NCBI GenBank assembly: GCA_015680685.1
Contig: MNCI01001630.1
Location: 763,028-827,027, forward strand
Source: Gnetum montanum
Lineage: Eukaryota; Plantae; Gnetophyta
Direction of reading: 5' to 3'
Length of the DNA stretch: 64,000 nt
The notes beneath the pieces were generated by a model. That model ran no database searches. It was not told the DNA's origin and saw only the letters and a program-made list of their open reading frames with translations. Shown here one piece after another: positions 23,411 to 36,480 of the stretch. The first letter of the stretch is position 1, and each line of letters begins with the position of its first letter. A program made the translations under genes and the position numbers.

Positions 23411-25497
23411 CTATTTGGAAGCTTTGGATTATTACTAAATGTTGCAGTCTTTTTATATTGGTTTTGTTATCTCATGATGTAATAGGAAGATATTTATACT
23501 TGATCTGCTCGTGGAATTTGTTGGATTCTTAGACTATTACTTTAGACATACTTTGAATTGAATATATATTAGTCTCAATTAATCTTAACATTGATTTCGG
23601 ATACTTTTTGAATTATATTGGACTGGATCACCTTGTTAGCATTTTGGATAATGGCTCCACTTGCGGCAGGGAAGGCTTTTATTAGGTCATGGAGGTTTCT
23701 CTTGCTGGGCTTAGGATAATCCCTTATATAATTTTTTTAGTGTGTGCAGGAACCTTTATAAGATGTTGATACGAGTTAAGTGGCCAGAGGAAGCATCAAA
23801 GTCAGCCAGTAGTAATCTAGTGGAATTTAGTTTCAATCAATGAGAGTCTCAATAACATACTTGTAAGCCTCAGTAGCATCCAATTGTATGTCTGGTACTA
23901 CTGAATACCTGTTGCCTTTATAGGCATCCAATGTAGTCGAATTGCCCACGCTTGGAAATTTGTTAACTTGATTAAGAATTTGGTTACCTTGAGAATTGTT
24001 AACATTAAGATTTGACTAAATCTTCTCCATTTTAGTAATTTGAATCCCCTCTGTAGTTATTAGTATCTGGTTTGTTAAGTAGTTGAGATAATTGGTTGAG
24101 ATTGAGATTTCTTGGTTGGCTTTGGTAGAATGATGTAGTTAGAGTAGTTTTAGTTTCAAAGCAACACTAGGAGCATCGGAGTGTTACATGAAACTCAATA
24201 AAGGAGTGCAAAAATTCATGAAAGAAAGGAAGCATCTGTATAGGATAGGGAATCAACTGGAACTCTCCAATTGATAGGATAAAAAAATTCGAACTCATAA
24301 CTTACTTTCAAAAATCAAAATAATTCAAGAAGTAAGAATTGAATTGTAAAAGGACTCGGAAGAAAATCCAAGAACAAGTAACAAAATTTGAGCTAGAGAA
24401 CTCAAAGATCACTAATAAAGATGAAACTGGTAGCCGAGTTACATGAAAGAGAGGACAAAACAATCATTCAAAAATCATATGCTGTTACTCTAATTTCAAC
24501 TTAAGAGCAAAATAGTGAAGACCAAAAAACAATTCAATAGGAAAGTCTAGTCTAATTTGTAGAATGAATATTTCACTATCTGGAGATAGAAAATTCAAAT
24601 CATCTCAATGGTTACCATAAAGGATATTAAAATTTGGTCAAATTTATGTGAAGAGCTTTATTAAAGCAAGGAAAAGCCAGCAGGGTCAAAAAGAACCTGA
24701 TATAATAATGAGCTAACTTAAATAATATTAACTCCTAAAGTCTATCTAGAGTCGTTAAATTAAACATATGTTGATACTGAGAAAAGAAAAGAAGTGTTCC
24801 GATCAAGGAACATGAACATTTGAAATGATATCTGTGAGTGAAGTCATTAAAAATTTTTGTGAGAAACACATACAGACAGTTTTACGTGCAAGGTTCAAAA
24901 AACCTTATGTTCCAATAAAAATCATACCAAGTAAAAATCATACCAAGTAGAAGACTCACAGAAATCATGGAATCCACAGATCAAATGAAAAAATTATGGG
25001 AAGAGTGTTCAAGACTTAAACTAGAAACAGAAGTTCAAGAGTAAAACTATTAAGGTAACGTAAAAAAATCAATCTGAAATCATAGATCGGCCCGAGTCCG
25101 ACAGATTGTCAAAGATCTCAGTACCGTTGTATTGAGATATTTTCAATTCTGAATCTATATGTCCTCCTGTGCTAGCAATCTCATGTATCTCAGTTATTCT
25201 TATGCAATTCTATGAATTTCAGGCATAATATTATCTAACCTTAAAAATTGGATATTCTCTTCCACTGATTAGTTTCATAAAAAATTCAGCAACAGCGTAT
25301 CACAACGAAGGTATTATGACATTAACTGTTAATGCCTTAAACAATATAGCAGGCAAATTTGCTTTAAACTAAGACCTTAATCCACTGCAGTTCTATGCTG
25401 TGTAAAGATCATGAGAAGAAGTCACTGATAATATATTCATCAAGCAAAGAATTTTGGCTATTCCATTATATATCAATCAATAAAATTATCTGTATAC

Positions 25498-25681
25498 CAG
25501 ATTTTTTATAGTTGAAAATATGTCGTCGAATTTCTTCAATCTTTCCCCATCCACATGTAAGTGTTTCAATCTGGATATAGATACCAGCAATCCGTGGATC
25601 ATAAGCTGCTTTTATGAGATTGTCACAAATTGTTGGCAATGACAATCCTGAAGAAAAACGCCTTTGCAGTTGATCTGAAAT
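25498..25681 (-). CDS. SPPA: SPPA coding exon 2
   Basis: CAG acceptor, then ISDQLQRRFSSGLSLPTICDNLIKAAYDPRIAGIYIQIETLTCGWGKIEEIRRHIFNYKKS(G), then GTATAC donor. Length 184 nt, phase 0 to phase 1. Confidence 0.95.
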
Positions 25682-26822
25682 CTGTAAGATGAAACAATGC
25701 TGCATATTTGAAACAAATCAAGAAGTAACAAAAATCTAACATAATAATTATAATTCTGAACCCTGGATACTTGGGCATGGGTATCTTTCATCATCAGTGA
25801 CATAATGTAGCAGAAAATCAAAGGATTTCTTATTTTAAAAAAAAATTTTAAGGAACCCGCCTTACAGTCATAGTATAGAAACATTCCAAGGAAATTTTCT
25901 ACCATGATAGAAAAAAATTTTAAAACTCCTATCAGCAATTGGAATAAATATAATATTTCCAGAAAATATACTTGAGTTTTATCCATGCTTAAGTGGATCT
26001 TAATCTTGAACGGATGAATCAGAAAATCTAACAATAAGCAGCATCCGGTCTTCCTACAGCCATATCAAACAACTAGCTAAACAGGATAGCACAGCCATTA
26101 GATGCCTTAATGATTAGAGACTCCAGATTTCAAGCCCACGGCTTTAACACAAGTACCTTTCCTCAGTTAACAATAAAGAATAGATAAAAAGAGAATTTGA
26201 AACAGTCCAGTTCCCAGTTTCAAGCTCAATAGGAATCTGAAAACCAAAGAGCCTAGCTCATGGATTAAGAATTAGCGTTGGAAAATGAATTCAGAAGAAG
26301 AATAAGTACTTTTAAACTTAGATGTGTACAGATAAAAGTAACTCCAAACAAGGAACCAGAGCAGACATAAAAATGGAAAATGAACAGTTCAATGAATACC
26401 CAAACTTCTTAAGATTCAAAAGCAATGAGAAAGTAAGCATAAATCCCCAACTAGGTGCCTCTAATGCTCTGGAAAAATTAAAAAATTAAACAAGAGCAGT
26501 AACGGCTAGAAAGGTTGATCTTATAAACCCTTTGATGAATGTCTAGAAAGATCAAAATCCATTAATAAAAATGAAGAAGAATATTCTGATAAGGACATAG
26601 GCATATTCCAGTACACATGGCTAAGGAGCTGATGTATCTACTCAAGCTGCTACAAGATAGAAGCCTCTATTTACTACCAATGAAATTTTAAATATAGAGC
26701 AAGATATAAAAGCATTTTGAAATTTCTAGAACAGGGAATAAAAAAAAACATTCAAGAAGCTCAATGTTATGTGAAAAAAAAAATATTGAAACAAAAAAGA
26801 CAACTTACAGGAACCACTAAAA

Positions 26823-27340
26823 TCAACCTCTAAAATTTTGCTACAAATCTCTTTGTTTTTTTCAACTTTAAGAATAAGGTTTAAACTTACACTAATCAGG
26901 AACAAATTTTCAACTGATCCTTATCCGTGTACTAATCATTATCAAGTACTCACCTCTCGGAACTAAAACTAGATGACTACATGTACTCCCTAGACATATA
27001 CCCAACACAAAATTTTCATAGAACTTGACTAGAACTTTATAACTAATGTTATGCAAGGACGTGTCCCCACAAAAAAATTTCAACCTCTAAAATTTTGCTA
27101 CAAATCTCTTTGTTTTTTTCAACTTTAAGAATAAGGTTTAAACTTACACTAATCAGGAACAAATTTTCAACTGATCCTTATCCTTGTACTAATCATTATC
27201 AAGTACTCACCTCTCGGAACTAAAACTAGATGACTACATGTACTCCCTAGACATATACCCAGCACAAAATTTTCATAGAACTTGACCAGAACTTTATAAC
27301 CAATGTTATGCAAGGATGTCTCCCCACAAAAAAAATTTCA
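26823..27340. repeat. Near-perfect tandem duplication, 2 x 257 bp
   Basis: TCAACCTCTAAAATTTTGCTAC... starts at 26823 and at 27080, with few mismatches. Confidence 0.95.
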
Positions 27341-27478
27341 CATTTGAGATGTTCTAGGGATGGGGACATGTCCCAAAATGTGTTGGGATGCATGTAAGAC
27401 GTGGTGTATATTACAACATTTCAAAACACAATTTATACATGACTTACAACTATTTTTTTTTTTCTTGCAAAACGTTTT

Positions 27479-27627
27479 AAGTGATGGTAAGGTGCTTGTT
27501 TCTCAAGTCAAAGACCTAGGTTTGAGCCTCAACACAGCCACTTGAAGAGGTTAGGCTTTCGCTTATCTACCAACCCTCCCAGAAACCCGCTTAGCAGGAT
27601 GAGCACTATGGCTCTAGGTGATGATCT
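27479..27627 (+). mobile_element. Au-like tRNA-derived SINE (degenerate)
   Basis: A/B-box-like TGGTAAGG...GGTTTGAGCC. The 3' part ACCCTCCCAGAAACCCGCTTAGCAGG resembles Au SINEs. Flanked by AAAACGTTTT / AAAATGTTTT (TSD-like). Confidence 0.5.
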
Positions 27628-29220
27628 AAAATGTTTTGAAAATGTTTTGTTGTCAAAATTGCAGTGAAAACCTTGAAAATATCTCACAAATCACAATTGG
27701 CAACAAGTTTATCAATAATCTTCAGTGCTTCAAAACATAATCCAATCTCAATAAAAGTATTCCTCCTCACATCCTAGTTGCATCCCCATAGCATTTCCAA
27801 AAACCCATTCCATCCCCACATCCTAGGGATCTATGAAACACAATTTATAACTTAGTGTTACTCACTGGAATTGAACCCATAACTTAGATAACAAGTACTC
27901 AACTGGTCAAAACAATAGGTTAATTATATAAAATACTATATTACCTCAAGGAGATGCATTACTAAAAATGATGACTATCATTTCCTTTCACTTAATAAGC
28001 AATTAGCAAACAATTCTGTGATTCACTTGTTTCATGTATTCCATAGCAGCTTCATACAATCACAAGTGATCAAAATATTTAGTCTTCAATGACTTTTCCC
28101 ATGCAATGTGGGGCTGCATTCACACATTGAAACCTATCCAACTCAATAATTTGATCTCCATCCAAACAAGAGTTTGGTTTTCTTTGAATTCTGTCCTAAA
28201 CAAATAAGGTTTGGCCCTTTTCTCAGCTCAAATAAAAGAACATCCATGCTTGTAAATAAATGGCATTAATATGTTGGAAAAGATAGATAGTAAAAAATTG
28301 GTTGAAAGAAAAATCTAAAATACAATAGAACTTATAATGTGTGTATTTTACAGTATGCAACAGTTGACTCTGTCCTGAATAATTTTCTCAATTGCCACTA
28401 AGGCAAACATTAACATCTGTTGTCAAGCACCTAAATTCATGACCTAGCTGGCAAGTATAATTGCTGTGGCAATAACAAGATTTCCAAATAAAAACAACAG
28501 ACGCTCATAACATCAATACATTATAATTAATAAAGAAATAAATGATCAGATATGAAACATTGAAACTCAAATGGACTCATCCATTAATATAAAAAAATTA
28601 GCACCAAACTCAACTTCTGTTACCAAATGTAAGTCATCACTGCAATAATCACAACTATTACCAAATCAAATAATAATAGTGACTCATTAAGCAGATGATT
28701 TAACATAAATCTTTCATGGACCCAAACTAATTAGAAATCAATAGCATCATCCAGTATATAGACAATTATACATACATGCATTAATAATAACTAAACTGAA
28801 CAACCAACAAGAATTTAATTACGTTGCATCAAGTAGAGTCTTTTAAAAAAAATTGCAAAAAAACATATGACAAGAAGTATGCGTCGTTTCTTCATATTTT
28901 ATATGTACACAATGGACCCTTTGGCCACCCAAGTGTCACACACCAAGTACCTCCAACACAACAACATTTTGTAACCCACATAAGCAAAATACCAAAATAG
29001 GATAAAATGGTGGAGGTCAACAACATCAAGAACCTCCAAAAGCAAACCACTTGATTACCAGCTTTGAATAGAATGATGAGGATTCTTCATTATTTATGAT
29101 AACATGATTTTGAAACATTAAATGCACATGCCAAACAAAAACCTAAACTCATGTACCCAATGCACTCATATCTCAAAAGAATCCAACATGCTTACAAAAG
29201 ATAGCCTCTAAATTATCCAA

Positions 29221-29240
29221 CACACACACACACACACACA
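29221..29240. repeat. (CA)10 microsatellite
   Basis: Read directly from the sequence. Confidence 0.9.
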
Positions 29241-31719
29241 AACAGTCCTTAAAAGTTACAATGAAGTTTGAATTTGGGGAAGGGAAAGATCATTTAAAAA
29301 GCTAGCAAACTTTAGCATCCATCTTTAGGTATATTTGTATGTCTCTGTTTGCAGTGTTTTCACCGTAGCAGTCTTGAAAAAATTCTGTGTATACATGGTG
29401 TAAATCCTATTGCTACCGTGGTGCTAATGAAATATTGTTACCTATATTTGTTTGTTTTTAATTCATTTGTTAAATAGTTAGTGTTATTTCTCTTTTGTTG
29501 TGACTTCTCATATAACTTAAATAGTATTGAGTTGTCCACTTTCATTTGTGTATGGAGATCAATTCATGTTGCCTTAATTTTTCTTTGTCAGTGCTTTTCT
29601 GCATCATCCTGTGCTCCCTTGATCTTAATTATCAAGCGCCAAATCCTAAAGAGAACTGTTCATGGCATTGGAGAAATCAGTGTTTGAATCTAAAAGCCCA
29701 AACATGGCTTCAAAACATAGTCCATCTCTAGAACAAAAGATCGTCTTTGCTATGACATGTCAAAGATGCTACAACAATGTGGAGGGCCCAAGATATCAAT
29801 GGAAGTAGGTCCCAGGATAGAAGAAGGCAGCAAGTCTAAGCACGGGCTCACCGTGGGTACATTTGATGTTGTTTCACATTTGTGAGCTCAAACTGGGTCG
29901 TGGTGCAAACCATGACCTGACCGCAAGTCACAGGCCTTACTTTTTGCTGGAAAATGCAATTGCTATGAGGCAGCTACAACCTAGCCATGAGTTGTAGTAT
30001 GGAATTTGAACTGTGTTCTGACCCAAACACAAGCTAGGCATGACTGAGGTATGGTTGTAATGTGAAGCAAATGAGGGTGCTAAGACTAGCACAACCTCAG
30101 GGCTAGTACGCCACAACTTGGGCACAACCCCTCAAAAAGAGACTATAATGCCATGTGAGCTGACCGTGAGTTGACTAAAACCTCTGTTCTGGCCGTGACC
30201 TGGGCAAGGCAGAAGCTCAACGTAAATGCCTAAAGCTCAACTTTCTGCCTTTAGTTATCGAGCACAACTGATGTACAATTGTGGTAGAGTGGAAATTGAC
30301 TAGCATCCTATTCAAAACATGCGGTAATAAACCCAATATGACAAATTTCAAGCATTAAAAGCCCAATCTAGGGCTGAGAGATTTTGAGAGAGAGGCTAGG
30401 ACTTAGACCGACTAATTTTACATGAAAAATATAATTGGCATGAGTTTAAGCCACAAGTAGTATGAAACAACATCAAATGTGAAATGGCCACATCAAACAC
30501 CTTGTAGATGTGTGAACAAACATGAGAAAACCTTCCAGGACATCATATCTTCCTAGAATTCAGGAAAACCATGCTTGATTCATGCTCAACAGTCAATTTG
30601 TAAAGCTCGCAACATGAAATCATGATAACTTCAAAAAACAAGTAAACATGCAAACTAAACCAATTTGGGATGGAGAACTTGTTACTGATGTTTGTGAAAA
30701 TGAATCCCTTCAAATTGGATGTAACTGGACAAGGGAAAGAGGAGATCCAAGCCAATTCCTCCCTTCTAAATTCTTCAAACCCTAAACAAACTTTAGTTAT
30801 GCTTTAATATTCAAAATGAACCTTGTCATGATGTACGTTTTCCCATTTGTCATATTAAAGCATAACTAAAGTTTGAATATTAAAGAAAATATCCTACCAG
30901 ATACAATCATATTTGTAAGAAAGAAGTTAGTCACAGTATAGATCACTATTATAACAACTCTAAGAACCCTAAGGCAAATATTATAACTAAGCATCACGCT
31001 AATTATTACGCAAAGTATAAGGCCAATAAGTAAAATAAGAAAAATGATAACAAAAACAAAAATAAAAAAGAATAATAATAAGAAGCTTGGATCTATAAAT
31101 GTTGTAAAGGACAAAGGAAATTGCCCTAATTCTCCAGTGATTAATTTCACTATGGGATAACAAACCTCCTCTAACAAAATACAGGTAAAAATATTTCTTG
31201 ATTGAAATGTTCAACCAAAGTTTAGCCAAGACTCTTTCATTCCAACTCTTCCGAAAGAACCTTTTGTTTAAAAGAAGGTCATCAATTGCAATATTCCATG
31301 ACTGAAATCATAATTTTCCTTGATGCAACCATTTATTTTCTTGAGTACCATGCATTATTTACTTAGCATGATTGACTTCCTCTATCTGAGTCAACTTCTA
31401 AGTATAAGCACTACATTAGCTATATATTTATTATATATATCTATATTTTGGCTGAGAGAATCTATTTTCTTTATGGAAAATTAAATCTTACCATCAAATC
31501 TTCGCATACCCAAACAACACCACCTCACCTCCTCTCTTCTATTATGACTGATTTATATTATTTACCATAACTAGGAAGCGCTCTCTTGGTGTTACCAAAA
31601 AAATTATCATGACTAAGAAGCTCCCCCTTGGTGTTATGACCAAAAAATATTTACTGTGACCATGAAGGGCCCTCTTCAATCAGCTGATAGTTAACCTCTT
31701 GACCAAAAATTAATTGACA

Positions 31720-34700
31720 AAGTGGTTCAACTTCAAGAGGAAGTGAGTAGTTCTAGAAGTTTCTCTCCAATTTCAGCCTTGTACATCTGGACATTCAGGG
31801 CTGCCAATTCACTTGGACCAATAACAGAAAAGGGGAGGATCAGGTCATGTCCAGAATAGATATTGTTTGGATGAATGCAGCCATGATGCTTAATAGACAT
31901 ATCACCATGATCGCATTGGAAAGGCAAGTGTCTGATCACAGGCCTCTCATTTGCACCATCAGTCGAACCCCAAATAAGGCCCCTAGGTGCCAAACGTTTA
32001 TTTTGAGAGAATGTGACTGAAAAAACCTTAGCCAGCACCAATGGTTCAATGGCTTTTGGCTCAATACCCCAACGGTTATGATCCCAAAGACTTCCCCAAG
32101 CAGGGCTTGCAGTAGTTGAAACATGGAATAAGAGCACAGACCAAAGAGGACAAGTATAGTTTCAAGTTCCTCAAGTGGAAAGACATTCTCAAGCTCTAGA
32201 AGATCCAGTGGTTGCAGAAAGAGGGGCATGACCTCCAATTGGAGGAGTATGCAACAGCTTGGGAGCTCCAAAGGCTTGATGAGGATGAGGAACTATACTG
32301 GAAGGAGCAATCTCACATCTAGCGGCTTAAGAAGGGAGATCGCAATAGTAGGTTTTTCTTTGCCATTGCCAACATGTCTAAAAGGGCCAAGTCTATGGCC
32401 CCTTTGGTTAAGAGGGAAAGCCACATTACTGATCTGCTACTTATTGCACAAAGGATGCAATAATTTTGGGAGGATATATGGAGGAAGAGGAATGTTTCCC
32501 CTATCTGCATCCCGATACGGAAGATTCTTACACAAAGGCATACCCGGAGACTTCTTTAGCAGATCAATAAGGCCAAGGTCTTGGAGGCTATCTCCATGAT
32601 CAAGTCTTGGAAAGGGTCAAGCCCTGACAATTGGCCTGTTAAGTTCTTTGCTGAGTTTTTTGAGGGGCTGGGATAGAACCTTGTGGATGCTTTCAACCTT
32701 ATACTTCAGTGGGGCCAAGTGAGGAAGGAGGTCAACTACTCCCAAATTATTTTGGTGCCCAAGGTTGATTCCCCAACGAGACCTACAGACTTTCAGCCTA
32801 TTGGGTTTTGTAACATCATGCTGCAAATCTTTGCTAAAATCTTGGTTTGTAGGTTACAACCTTTGACATCTGTGATGGTTGGCCGAGATCAGGTTGGAAT
32901 CGTTGAAGGGAGGTGTATATAGGATCTGATTCTATTCCTGCATGAGGCCTTGCACTTAGTGAAAAAAGCTGCATTCCCAAGTATGTTCCTTAAATTAGAC
33001 ATTGCTAAAGCATGTGATACCATTAACTAGGACTCTCTAGGCCATACAATGTTACACAAGGGCTTCCATCCCAAATTTGTGGGCCTCTATCTCCAAATGC
33101 AACACACAGGGGCTTTCTCTTTTGATTTTAATAGATAGCTTTGGGGGTTTTCCTCCCCCAAAGGGGATTGCACCAACTAGATCCATTGTCGCCTTACCTA
33201 TTCATTCTAGCGATGGATACTATGAACACTTATTGTAGGGTAGAGGGAGCTAGAGGCCTAAGAATGGAGGACATTTCATGCACTATGAATCACTATGTTG
33301 ATGACACCATTTTAACCACGAAGGCTACCATTTTGTAGGGCTAGGCTATCAAGAACGCCTTACAAAGAATGAACGAGGAGCTGGGGTTGGATGTTAATTG
33401 GCAAAGTCTACCACCCACTTTGTTCAAACCAATGTGATCATGAAAAGAGAGATAATTAGGGTGCTCAGGATTACGCAAGGGTGACCAGAAGGTGTTTACT
33501 TGGGGATCCCAATGTTTGATTGGTAGCAAATTGGTACCTAGGCTAGTTTTCTAGGCAAGATTTAGGCAAGGATTGAACACTGGACTTCATGGTTCTTAAC
33601 CAACAAGGGCAAAGTTTTGTTGGCTATCACTATTCTAGTGTCTATAGAAAAGATAGGTGGTGATGTGGACCCTACCTCAATAGAGCCCAAATGGACCCAT
33701 TCCACAAGTTTCCTAAGTAGGTTAAGCTTAGCAAACAAGAACAACATAAAAGGAATGGAGTAAATTCATCCTTTTATTAAGACAACTCTCAAAATGTAGA
33801 GAAACACATCAAGATTAAGGAGCCAAGCTCACAACTTTCACAAGGATCTTAGAGGCCACACATGTCCCCTCTCAATCCTCAATTGCTCACAATGAAGCCA
33901 AAGCTCAAGACAATACACTTATAAGAGATTCTCTCAACCTCTCTCAAGTGCTCTCCCTTGCCTATACTCAAGCTCTCTTGCACAAGCTCTCAAGAGACCT
34001 CTCAAATGCCTCACTTAACTCTCTTCTGTCACTCTTATCCAAACTCAGGCCTTAGACTCTTATTTATAGCTTATTGGTGTGACCCTTCATCTTCTATTAC
34101 ATTCAAAAATACAAATTAATTTCCTTTGCTTGCCAAAGATGTCTTGAACGTGTGGGAGACATCCCAATCGAGAGCCACAATAATTAGAGGAGACATCTTG
34201 CAAAAAGTGGAGACGCCTCTCTTGCCAAGGCCGAAATTCAGGATGCTCATGTTGAGGTTTGGAACCTTCGAACACCTCCAAAAAAGTCTCCATTGGCCGC
34301 AAACACCCCCAAACATGCCAAAACACCTTGGAATCATCATCAATAAGGTCAACACAAAAAGATACGCACATCCAAAATACATTAAGGATTACACAAGGGA
34401 TGGGTGATGTCCTCATCATGTCGCTTCCATGGTATCCCCACCATAGCAAGTCATTGACAAAGTTAACTAGACTATTAGGAATTTCGTTTGATTGGGTGCG
34501 AAAGGAGGCCACAGAGTCCATCTAGTGTGTTGGGAGAAGATCACCTGCCTGAAGGTTGTCGAAGGGCTAGGGGCTCCTTGTTTTGAAGAAATTCTTCTCT
34601 TAAACCATAATAACTTGATGAATGGGATCACAAAGACCAAGGATAGCTTTGACATTGACACTCCATGGGCAATCATCATCTGTCATAAGTACATATTTTG

Positions 34701-36480
34701 GGAGTGTTCAAGCAATGATATAGTGTTATGGAAAAACATATCCAGATATCACCACATGCTCCAACAGCTCTCATTAACAATTCCTCAAGTGGTGGCCAAT
34801 GTTCTATAGCGAAAGTACAAAGTGATGCATGGCTGGTGTTTGGCCTAGAAGGGGCAACTCTTGGAAAAAATAAAGATGCTTCTTTGGCTCCTCAATAATC
34901 AGGCAATTCCCGACATGTGTTTTTCTTTAGAGTAGGGGCCTTGGCATTAACACCCACTACCCACATTGTAATGCTATTATGTCGAAATATAGAATCACCT
35001 ATTCTTCAGCTGCCCTTTCTCCCTACAAGTCTGGCAACTTGTGCACATTAAGTCTAACTCCCAATTGAAAAGTGAGTACTTTGTTGTGGCACTGCTATGG
35101 TCTATTTGGAAGACCAAGAACAAGCTGGCCTTCTGAGGAGCTCAGGTTGTTGCAGTGGTTTCTAGTGTTGCATGTCTATTGTGGGAGGCATCAACCGTGA
35201 TGGGAGTTACGCCAATGATGGAGCCTAACCACACACTATTCCAGAGTAATCAAGGACTCTAGGGTCTTCTTGCCAAGATTGGCTAGGATGAGGTGCTATT
35301 GGCCATCAAAGGTGAGTCGGGTCTACAAGATTTGAGCTTCTTTTCATGGTGAGGGAATGAAGCCACAACCTTTAGAGGTGTGTGGATTTTGCTGATTAAA
35401 GAATCCATCTCTAAGTACCTTGCATTACCGCACTTTGGAGAGGTCATCCTTCCTACCATCAGGGGGTTTTCAAAAGCAGCTTTGTTCTTCCCAAGCAAGG
35501 TGCCCAAAATACCTAGCGGTCAAGTTTTTCACTCCTGGCTTCCCCCTCTCTTGCAAGTTGTTGTTGAGATCATGGAACACTTTTTCATGCAAACTGGCAA
35601 TGCCTCCAAGCTACAAGGTGCCCACTTTGCCTTTCTACAGTGTCTCAAACTTTGAAAGTCAATGAACCAATCAAGGTTCTTTTTGGTGGCCATCTGCCAA
35701 CAACGACATGGAAGGCATTCTAGGCTTATTTTGGCACTCTAACAAGCAACAAAGCTGCCGAAGCCGATGCCACCAATTGACCCATCAAGGGCCACATGGA
35801 TCCATAAGGTGTACGTGTGGAGGCATAGTGGGTTGGGACAGAGTTCTTGGCCTCCTATGGAGTCTTTAGCTCCAAAGGAATCTTCAGGAGGCCAATCAGC
35901 TAAAACTAGCACAAAAGGATGAGGCTAAGCATGTGTGGGTGCTCAAACAAGAGAGGGCTCTTCAATAGGAGTTGGAAGATGAATTCAAGAAGGAAATGTG
36001 CAAATAAATACAAAAGGCAAAGGACTGCATCAGCACAAAAGAGGGGACACAGAGGGATTTGGAGGAGTCTACGCACAAGTAGGATGAGCAATAGAGATAG
36101 GCAAAGGAGCAGGAAGCATGGAAACAAAAGGACATCAAGGCAATGGTGCAGCAGAGCATTCTAGAGGAGCACCTCAATGAGGAAATAAATGAACAATCAC
36201 AAAGGGAGCAAGAAGAGTGAAAGCAAAAGGAGTAGGAGGAGGCATTCAAGAGAGCAAAAAAGATCCTTGAAGAGATAAAAATGAAGGAGCACCAGGATAA
36301 GATGCTGGCCCCAAATGCAAGGATATAGTTTCATGCAGGAAAGTGCCATACGTTGTCATGGGGATTAACATAGAAACCCTGTGAGAGGATCTCCATAAAT
36401 ACATCAAGCAAGAGCTTTGTGCGATGAACCTGACAAGATGCATCACCTGCCCAAACACATGCAGGACCACCACAAGGACA
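31720..36480 (+). mobile_element. Decayed L1-type LINE (endonuclease C-part, RT, zf-RVT, 3' accessory extension), interrupted by a solo LTR
   Basis: FTWTNNRKG..SRIDIVW..SDH; ILVPKV..FQPIGFCN; GLHQLDPLSPYLF; YVDD; HLVCWEKIT. The 3' extension is homologous to 3740-5150. Confidence 0.88.
33661..34418 (-). mobile_element. Solo LTR (about 758 bp) inserted in the LINE
   Basis: Termini TGATGTGGAC...GTCCTCATCA form an inverted repeat. TATA CTATAAATA on the minus strand at about 34061-34070. LINE coding homology resumes on both sides. The TSD is degenerate. Confidence 0.7.
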
